Assembly: GCA_050331235.1 (NCBI GenBank)
Contig: JBHJHA010000045.1
Span: 1-22,456, forward strand
Reading direction: 5' to 3'
DNA from: Leptolyngbyaceae cyanobacterium
GTDB lineage: Bacteria > Cyanobacteriota > Cyanobacteriia > Phormidesmidales > Phormidesmidaceae
DNA length: 22,456 nucleotides
Made by a program: the position numbers and the translations under genes. Below are positions 16,218 through 22,456 of this stretch, piece by piece (within the stretch, counting starts at the first letter, position 1; each line of letters starts with the position of its first letter). The notes beneath the pieces are model-generated. The model did no database searches. It had not been told where the DNA came from and worked only from the letters and a program-made list of their open reading frames with translations.

Positions 16218-16592
16218 TGGGGGCGGAGGGACTTGAACCCTCACGACCTTAACGGTCAACGGATTTTCATCCTCCCGCAGCTTTCGCTGCTGCCAAACTG
16301 AATCGTAAATAAGCAGTTGGCTTTGAGAATTGGACCCTCCCTTTACCCTCGCCAAGCGCGTTAGGGTAGCTCCCGTCGGGCCTCTGCACCTTCCAGCTAG
16401 GCGATTGTGACTAGAAAAGTCGACAGTGACTAGTTGGCTTGGCTCAGGATTGCCATATCTGTCAGCGGGCTGCCTAGCAAGCAGCGTTGGCAGAGTTAGG
16501 TTTCCCTGAGTTTGAGAGCTTCCACTCAGCGGGTTTCCCTGCTGAGGCTCAGTTTTCTAAGTCCGTAGCGTCTACCATTCCGCCACGCCCCC
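16218..16592 (-). tRNA. trnL: tRNA-Leu(UAA), split by a group I intron
   Basis: Exon 1 16592-16559 GGGGGCGTGGCGGAATGGTAGACGCTACGGACTT. Exon 2 16267-16218 AAAATCCGTTGACC...GGTTCAAGTCCCTCCGCCCCCA. The spliced loop is CU-UAA-AA; mature length 84 nt. Confidence 0.96.
16268..16558 (-). ncRNA. Self-splicing group I intron of trnL(UAA), 291 nt
   Basis: Inserted after the anticodon wobble U and ends in G. Conserved core elements CTCAAACTCAGGGAAACCT, ATGGCAATCCTGAGCCAAG, GGTGCAGAGGCCCGACGGGAGCTACCCT and GGGTAAAGGGAGGGTCCAATTC. Confidence 0.95.
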
Positions 16593-16764
16593 TTATGACC
16601 TGATGCCCATGCGAGCTATCAGGCTTATCTATATTACAGATCAAACTCCATTCGCGATCGCTTTTCTTGAGAATTCGTCTTGCCCTTAGAATATGTTTAC
16701 GGAAGCACGCGCTGAGATCAGTCAGTTAAATGCTGATGTCCCGAACACTGACCCGGAGTACAAC

Positions 16765-17010
16765 ATGTTGGATAATCTGCCTTTCTCTCTAGATACTTTG
16801 ATCACCCTTGGTTTATACGGCGGGTTGGCGGTCACCTATTTGCTGGTGGTCCCGGCAGCGATCCTGTTTTACTTAAAGGCCAGATGGCTCGTGATGGGGT
16901 CCATTGAACGGTTGTCTCTATACGGCCTGATGTTTGCCTTTTTTCCAGGGATGGTGCTGTTGGGGCCATTCCTCAACTTTCGTCCCCATCCTCGCTCTAT
17001 GAATTCATAA
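16765..17010 (+). CDS. ndhL: NAD(P)H-quinone oxidoreductase (NDH-1) subunit L
   Basis: YLLVVP...YLKARW....[24 protein letters not shown] is the NdhL signature. ATG 16765, preceded by GGAG, gives 81 aa (upstream ATG 16693 is less likely). Confidence 0.93.
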   Translation: MLDNLPFSLDTLITLGLYGGLAVTYLLVVPAAILFYLKARWLVMGSIERLSLYGLMFAFFPGMVLLGPFLNFRPHPRSMNS

Positions 17011-17049
17011 ACTTAGTCAAGCTATTGATTTAGGACTTGAGATTGCCTC

Positions 17050-17081
17050 ATGAGTCGCGGGCCTGATTCCCGCGATCATTT
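17050..17081 (+). terminator. Possible terminator hairpin after ndhL
   Basis: Stem TCGCGGG (17055-17061) / CCCGCGA (17069-17075), extendable by ATGA/TCAT. Only a short T run follows. Confidence 0.35.
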
Positions 17082-17273
17082 GACCCAAATGCTCTGCACT
17101 GACTGTATCTATCTCAGATAGTGGCCGTGGAGCCATTTCGTTTCAGTGCTGGCGAGTCTGTTCTAACGAGCCTATTGTTCCATCCACTGTCAGAAATAGT
17201 CGGGAAATAATTATCCTCTCGAATCAACTTTCGGGAACCTTCAAATTAGGGTGTGGCGCTGGGGTGAACAAGC

Positions 17274-18815
17274 GTGAATTGGCGAAATGCATTGGTCAAG
17301 GAGAATTCTCTTCAGCAATGTGTCGTTGGTGGCGTATTCCTATGCTTGGGGGTCGCTTGCTCCTCGGTGGCGATCAGTGAGGAGCACACGGCTGAAATCA
17401 TGCCTACTCCTAAGGATGAAGCCGCTGTCATGGTGCACTTGTTCGAGTGGACCTGGGATGATGTTGCCCATGAGTGTGAGACGGTTTTGGGACCCCAGGG
17501 ATATCGAGCCGTGCAGATCTCGCCCCCGCAGGAGCACATTATCGCTTCGGAGTTTGGGTTTCCTTGGTGGCAGCGATATCAACCAGTCAGCTATCAGCTG
17601 ATTAGCCGTAGTGGCGATCGCGCCCAGTTGCGGGAGATGGTGCAGCGCTGCCGGGCTGCCGGGGTGAAGGTCTTCGCTGACGCCGTGATCAATCATATGG
17701 CGGCGGTGGATGATGTGCCGGGCTCTGCCGGAAGTAAGTTTAGCCGTTATCACTACCCTGGGGTTTACGAGCCAGAGGACTTTAATCTTTGCCGACAACC
17801 GGTCACCGACTACCAAAATGCTGAAAATGTGACCCAGTGCGAGTTAGTCAGCCTGCCCGATCTCAACACCGCCTCTGAGGGAGTCCAAAGTCGAATTGTC
17901 AATTACTTAGCCGATCTGATGAGTCTGGGGATCACTGGATTGCGTATCGATGCCGCTAAGCATATCCCCCATGAAGATCTGGCCGCGATACTGATGCAGC
18001 TACGCGATCGCGTTGAGCCCAAGCCCTTCATTTATCAAGAGGTAATTGATCCTGGTACAGAGGCGATTAAAAAGCAAGATTACTACGAATTGGGGGACGT
18101 CGTTGACTTTGAATATGGGCGACTCGTGGGGGAGGCCTTTTTGAACATCGGCGATCGCCGGCTGGCTGATCTGCAAAATCTGGAGAGTCAAGCCGATTTG
18201 GTGCCCAGTCAGCAGGCCGTCGTGTTCATTGATAACCACGACAAACAGCGAGGCCACGGCGGGGGAGGAAACTTTGTCACACATCAAAATGGAGAGCTGC
18301 ACCCCTTAGCCATGGCCTTTATGTTGGCGTATCCCTATGGCAAGCCGCGGATTATGTCGAGCTATGCCTTTGAGAATTCTGAGCAGGGGCCACCGGCTAC
18401 TGCTGATGGCCAGACTCTGACCGTATATGCGCCTGACTTTTTGGGGTGTGGCCAAGCCTGGGTTTGTGAGCACCGTCACCCGATGGTAACCGCGATGGTA
18501 GATTTCCGGGCGGCAACCCAGACGGTACCCGTTGTGACGGACTGGTGGACCAATGGCGAAAATCAAATTGCGTTTGGCCGGGGCGATCTCGGGTATGTAG
18601 TGATCAATCGGGAAGGGGTATCGCTCAATCGCACCTTTCAAACTCAGTTGCCAGCGGGTGATTACTGTGAAATTGTGAGTGCGGAAAATGCGGGTGAGGC
18701 TGGGTGTGATCGTCTCCTGTCAGTGGACGCCCAAGGCCAATTCACCGCTACCATCGCGCCCATGACCGTCGTGGCCCTACATCAAGCAGGTCGAGTAGCG
18801 CAGGTTAGGCGCTGA
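17274..18815 (+). CDS. Alpha-amylase, GH13 (animal/actinobacterial-like), probable lipoprotein
   Basis: VHLFEW, WWQRYQPVSY, DAVINHM, catalytic RIDAAKH / YQEVID / FIDNHD, QRGHGGGG loop, WVCEHR and a C-terminal beta domain. Hydrophobic leader ending in lipobox-like LGVAC. Confidence 0.93.
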   Translation: MNWRNALVKENSLQQCVVGGVFLCLGVACSSVAISEEHTAEIMPTPKDEAAVMVHLFEWTWDDVAHECETVLGPQGYRAVQISPPQEHIIASEFGFPWWQRYQPVSYQLISRSGDRAQLREMVQRCRAAGVKVFADAVINHMAAVDDVPGSAGSKFSRYHYPGVYEPEDFNLCRQPVTDYQNAENVTQCELVSLPDLNTASEGVQSRIVNYLADLMSLGITGLRIDAAKHIPHEDLAAILMQLRDRVEPKPFIYQEVIDPGTEAIKKQDYYELGDVVDFEYGRLVGEAFLNIGDRRLADLQNLESQADLVPSQQAVVFIDNHDKQRGHGGGGNFVTHQNGELHPLAMAFMLAYPYGKPRIMSSYAFENSEQGPPATADGQTLTVYAPDFLGCGQAWVCEHRHPMVTAMVDFRAATQTVPVVTDWWTNGENQIAFGRGDLGYVVINREGVSLNRTFQTQLPAGDYCEIVSAENAGEAGCDRLLSVDAQGQFTATIAPMTVVALHQAGRVAQVRR

Positions 18816-18871
18816 CGTCGCCGCTCCCGCGATGACCAAGCTAAAATCGAGACGATTTGATCCATGCACCT

Positions 18872-19621
18872 ATGCCCCCAATAACTCAAAGGCAACAGTC
18901 TCCCCAAGCGGGCGCGATCGCGGCCTCCACACCGGTCATCAAGTTGGACGATGTTTCTCGGATATACGGGACCGGTGAAGCCAGAGTAAAGGCCTGCGAT
19001 CAGGTTAGTCTCACGATCCGCCAGGGAGAATACTGCGCCATCATGGGCGAATCAGGATCGGGCAAAACCACCCTGATGAATATTATTGGATGCTTGGATC
19101 GTCCTAGCATAGGGCGCTATTGGTTGGACGGCATCGATGTTTCCCAATTGGGCAAAAATCGATTAGCGCGCATCCGCAATCAAAAAATTGGCTTTGTCTT
19201 TCAGCGATATGAATTGTTGAACAATCTGACTGCGCTCGAAAATGTCATGTTGCCGATGATGTATGCCGGAATTGACCGCTCCCAGCGCCGCCGGTTAGCC
19301 GCTGCCGCGCTGACGCGTATGGGGCTGGGGCAACGCCTCGACAAGCCCCCAACGCAACTTTCGGGTGGCCAACAGCAGCGAGTCGCGATTGCCCGAGCAA
19401 TTGTAAATCGACCGTTGCTGCTGCTGGCCGATGAGCCAACAGGCGCGCTAGATACCCACTCAGCTGAAGCGGTCATGGGCATTTTTAATGAACTGCACGC
19501 CTACGGTATCACTATCGTGATGGTGACACATTCCCACGAAGTGGCTCGCTACAGCAAGCGCATGATTCAGGTCAGTGATGGCAAAATTTTGCATGACAAT
19601 ATTTCTCCTCACCCTGCATGA
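18872..19621 (+). CDS. ABC transporter ATP-binding protein (MacB/LolD-type)
   Basis: [47 protein letters not shown] from TTG 18857; ATG 18872 likely. Confidence 0.93.
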   Translation: MPPITQRQQSPQAGAIAASTPVIKLDDVSRIYGTGEARVKACDQVSLTIRQGEYCAIMGESGSGKTTLMNIIGCLDRPSIGRYWLDGIDVSQLGKNRLARIRNQKIGFVFQRYELLNNLTALENVMLPMMYAGIDRSQRRRLAAAALTRMGLGQRLDKPPTQLSGGQQQRVAIARAIVNRPLLLLADEPTGALDTHSAEAVMGIFNELHAYGITIVMVTHSHEVARYSKRMIQVSDGKILHDNISPHPA

Positions 19622-19692
19622 GCCATACCCAGCGCAAGATCAACCTCTAAGACTGTAGGTGATGGACGAGCGCATTTCGGATTGATTCAACA

Positions 19693-21120
19693 TTGACGAA
19701 TAAATCACGGCTTATCAGAATTGTGGATAGATCAGGTTTAGACCCCAATCAGGATATTGCTGTGGAGCCTATCAAGCCCCAAGATACTCAGGCGGCATCA
19801 CTCTCAACTTCCTTTAAGTCCACCCCCTATGATGATGAACTCGATTTACTAGATGAACCGATACGCCGAGAGCGGACCGGGCTACGGTGGCTAGTCGTCT
19901 CGGGGGTGTTGGTCTTAGTGGGGGTTGGCGGTTGGTTGGGGTATCGGACGTGGCTCCAAACGCCTGCTGAGCCGGTGACTGTGACAACGGTTCAGGCGGG
20001 TCGGATGGATCTTGAGGTGACAATTACTGAAGCAGGCATCGTAGAACTGGGTGGCCAGCAGACTTTTAAGGCTCCGAGCGATGTCACAGTGCAAACGGTG
20101 CTGGTAGAAGAGCGGGAGCGGGTTAGCCAAGGCCAAGTATTGCTAGAGCTGCGCGATCGCGATCTCCAACAGCGCCTCGAAGATCAAATGGTCCAGGCAC
20201 GCATCAATCAGCTTGAGCTAGCCCGACAGCAAGAGGTGCTGGCAGAGCGGCGATCGCGGGTTGCTGATGCCGAGACCCGCTTAGCCGACTCAGCCGATTT
20301 GCTAGATCAAGGCTACATCTCAGAAGATGAATTTCGTCGGGATAAGCGTGACCTTGAAGATGCCCAATCGCAACTGCGAGATGCCGAAGTAGAGTTGACC
20401 AAAGCCCAACTACAGCTACAGCAAAATCAGTTGTCGGTGGAAAGTCTACAGCTGCAACTCGAAGATAACCAGATTATTGCTCCCATCGATGCGATTGTGC
20501 TCCGGGTTGATGTCAAACCCGGTGATGGGGTGGAGCGCGAAGGTCGACTTTTGAGTATTGGCGACCCAACCCAGGAGACGATCAGGCTAGAGTTGACTAC
20601 GCTCAACGCGGCTAAGGTCGGCATTGGTATGCCGGTGCGAGTCAGTGTGATTGGCCCCGATCCTGACATGTTTGAAGGACGTGTTATTCGAGTGTCTCCC
20701 CAAGCGATCGCCGATGATAGCAATGCGGATCAATCAACGGTGGAAGCCGAGGCGGTGCTCAATCAGCCTAGTGCTACCCTCATTCCAGGCAGTGCGGTGA
20801 GCGTTGAGATTGTGTTAGAGCAGCGACAGAATGCCTTAGCTGTTCCCGTTGCAGCCATTCAACGCGACTCACCAACGCCCTATGTGTGGGTGCAAGATGC
20901 AGCTGGACTAGCCCAACAGCGGGAGGTTTCCTTGGGGCTCGAAACCCTGGAATCGGCAGAAATCACGGCTGGATTACAGCCTGGCGATATGGTCGTAGTT
21001 GCCATTCCCCCGGAGGTTAGCTTGTCCCCTGGTCAGCCCCTGGATATTGGGTCTGACTCGGGAGCCGGTGACGGGCAAAATGACGAGTCTGGTGGCCGTC
21101 GTCAAGGAGGCACGCCGTAA
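19693..21120 (+). CDS. Efflux periplasmic adaptor subunit (MacA-like)
   Basis: One TM, lipoyl half-motifs, coiled coil, IIAPIDAIV, LIPGSAVSVEI, ALAVPVAAI and GLQPGD.V. The start codon is uncertain. Confidence 0.88.
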   Translation: MTNKSRLIRIVDRSGLDPNQDIAVEPIKPQDTQAASLSTSFKSTPYDDELDLLDEPIRRERTGLRWLVVSGVLVLVGVGGWLGYRTWLQTPAEPVTVTTVQAGRMDLEVTITEAGIVELGGQQTFKAPSDVTVQTVLVEERERVSQGQVLLELRDRDLQQRLEDQMVQARINQLELARQQEVLAERRSRVADAETRLADSADLLDQGYISEDEFRRDKRDLEDAQSQLRDAEVELTKAQLQLQQNQLSVESLQLQLEDNQIIAPIDAIVLRVDVKPGDGVEREGRLLSIGDPTQETIRLELTTLNAAKVGIGMPVRVSVIGPDPDMFEGRVIRVSPQAIADDSNADQSTVEAEAVLNQPSATLIPGSAVSVEIVLEQRQNALAVPVAAIQRDSPTPYVWVQDAAGLAQQREVSLGLETLESAEITAGLQPGDMVVVAIPPEVSLSPGQPLDIGSDSGAGDGQNDESGGRRQGGTP

Positions 21121-21122
21121 TT

Positions 21123-22319
21123 ATGGGACTTTCACCAGCCGATTTAGTATTGACGACCTTCCGAGACTTAGGGGGCAACTGGGTGCGTTCTGGTCTGACC
21201 ACGCTGGGGATCTTTATGGGGGTGGCTGCGGTCAACGCTACGCTAAATATCGAAGCCATTACGACCGCCCAGATTCAGCAAAAGCTAGCCCAGCGCGATA
21301 ATCCCTATGTCAGTTTTTGGATGTATGACCCAGCTGGCAGCAAGCCACCACCAGAACTGACAGAAGAAGATTTTGTGGCTATGCAGCAGACCGTTGCTGG
21401 GGTATCTGGGGTCAGCCGTCGGACCCGGGTGTTCAGCGTCAACCAGGTGCGACATCAGGGGCAGGTGGCCTCGGATGTTTCCATAGAGGGCGTTTCTCTG
21501 AATTTTCAAGAAACGATGGGCCGACAGATTGTGCAGGGGCGATTTTTTCAACCCTTGGATTTTGAAGGTTACTACCCTGTGGCGGTTATCAATACGGTTT
21601 TAGCAGAGCAGCTTTTTCCCGAGGGGCAGCCCATTGGTCAGGGCTTGTTTCTCGATACGATTCGCTTGACTGTGGTAGGTATCAGCGAATCCAAACAAAA
21701 CAATCCCGATCGCGAGCCAGCGGGAGAGGTTTGGCTGACCCAAAATTATGCCGATGCCATTGCCGGTAATTACAGTTGGGGAAACACGCAAATCGCCATT
21801 GCTGAGCTCGATCAGTATGAAGGGGTGGAAGACGGGATCGAAGCTTTTCTACGCTATCGGTTTTCAGGATTTGAAGTGAGGATGTGGGGCAATGCCGAAG
21901 ACCTATACAAAGAAGAACAGCAGCAGCGCACCAGTGCACTAATCCTTAAAGGTGTCGGTGTTTTGGCGCTGATCATTGGAGGTGTTGGTATTGCCAATAT
22001 CACGATCGCTGCGGTAATGGAGCGAACTCGTGAAATTGGTTTGCGGCGGGCGATTGGCGCTACGGATTGGGAAGTTATGATGCAGTTCATCGCTGAGGCT
22101 GCTCTGCTAAGTCTTATCGGGGGCACCGCCGCGATCGCCACCATTCATGGATTGACCAAACTGGCGACGACCCAAGTATTTGAGGCGCCCTACAGCTTTC
22201 GAGCCCAGGATGCCGCGATTTCCATGGGTGCGGCGTTCGTTGTGGGCGTCGGTTCTAGCTTTTTCCCCGCATTGCGGATTACGCAAATTGATGTTGTGCA
22301 GGCACTGAGGGGCGAGTAG
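21123..22319 (+). CDS. ABC transporter permease (MacB/FtsX-type)
   Basis: RSGLTTLGIFMGVAAV, GRFF, GGVGIANI...V.ERTREIGLRRAIGA, QFIAEA and C-terminal PA.R......ALR.E. Confidence 0.93.
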   Translation: MGLSPADLVLTTFRDLGGNWVRSGLTTLGIFMGVAAVNATLNIEAITTAQIQQKLAQRDNPYVSFWMYDPAGSKPPPELTEEDFVAMQQTVAGVSGVSRRTRVFSVNQVRHQGQVASDVSIEGVSLNFQETMGRQIVQGRFFQPLDFEGYYPVAVINTVLAEQLFPEGQPIGQGLFLDTIRLTVVGISESKQNNPDREPAGEVWLTQNYADAIAGNYSWGNTQIAIAELDQYEGVEDGIEAFLRYRFSGFEVRMWGNAEDLYKEEQQQRTSALILKGVGVLALIIGGVGIANITIAAVMERTREIGLRRAIGATDWEVMMQFIAEAALLSLIGGTAAIATIHGLTKLATTQVFEAPYSFRAQDAAISMGAAFVVGVGSSFFPALRITQIDVVQALRGE

Positions 22320-22323
22320 CGAG

Positions 22324-22456
22324 ATGTGGCGATTAGTCAGTGAACAGTTTGGCTATCCTAGCTTAGCTATGGGGGTGCTGTTGGCGGCGCTGCCCATAGC
22401 TCAAACTCCAGTGGTGCCAGAGCCCGTATTTAGCCCTTTGCCGTCAGAGTCAACCT
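22324..22456 (+). CDS. N-terminus of a probable exported protein (truncated by window), possibly the outer-membrane component of the exporter
   Basis: ATG 4 bp after the permease stop. The frame is open to the window end: MWRLVSEQFGYPSLAMGVLLAALPIAQTPVVPEPVFSPLPSEST, a signal-like segment followed by a Pro-rich linker. The product identity is a guess. Confidence 0.5.
   Translation, partial: MWRLVSEQFGYPSLAMGVLLAALPIAQTPVVPEPVFSPLPSEST

Larger units (their letters stand above)
172..22138. repeat. Dispersed HIP1 octamers (GCGATCGC)
   Basis: Roughly 25 or more copies counted by eye (e.g. 172, 8782, 9192, 14722, 16031, 22131). HIP1 over-representation is a cyanobacterial hallmark. Confidence 0.9.

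Noticed and set aside
13350..16592. Genomic island or prophage integrated at tRNA-Ser or tRNA-Leu
   Set aside because: No duplicated tRNA 3' end, integrase or phage gene is visible.
4264..22144. Many 60-160 aa ORFs antisense or out of frame within long genes (e.g. 4264-4656, 7059-7550, 17340-17816)
   Set aside because: These are shadow ORFs of well-supported genes with no motifs of their own.

Overview
Chromosomal window from a cyanobacterium, judged from dense HIP1 octamers (GCGATCGC), ndhL, GUN4-domain genes and a tRNA-Leu(UAA) with its group I intron. It is probably a filamentous Leptolyngbya-like lineage (inference). The left ~6.1 kb is an accessory, IS-scarred zone: an IS1 3' end, an orphan membrane sensor histidine kinase, an IS1 InsA remnant joined to a fragment of a Gly-rich protein gene, a P-domain + leishmanolysin-like (M8) metallopeptidase whose HEXXH reads LEMGH, and a stack of IS701-family ends with a 60-bp mini-element. 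Next is a translationally coupled pair of GUN4-domain genes; the larger appears to fuse an EACC1-like N-terminus and three helical repeats to GUN4. This pair is divergent from a type I secretion HlyB/HlyD pair. The rest contains tRNA-Ser(GCU), a lipase, a cyanobacterial hypothetical gene preceded by a perfect 16-bp palindrome, tRNA-Leu(UAA) with a 291-nt intron, ndhL, a lipoprotein alpha-amylase with an animal-type chloride-binding triad, and a MacAB-like exporter operon that runs off the window. The best novelty candidate is the EACC1-like/repeat/GUN4 + GUN4 pair. All family calls are by motif recognition, not by database search.
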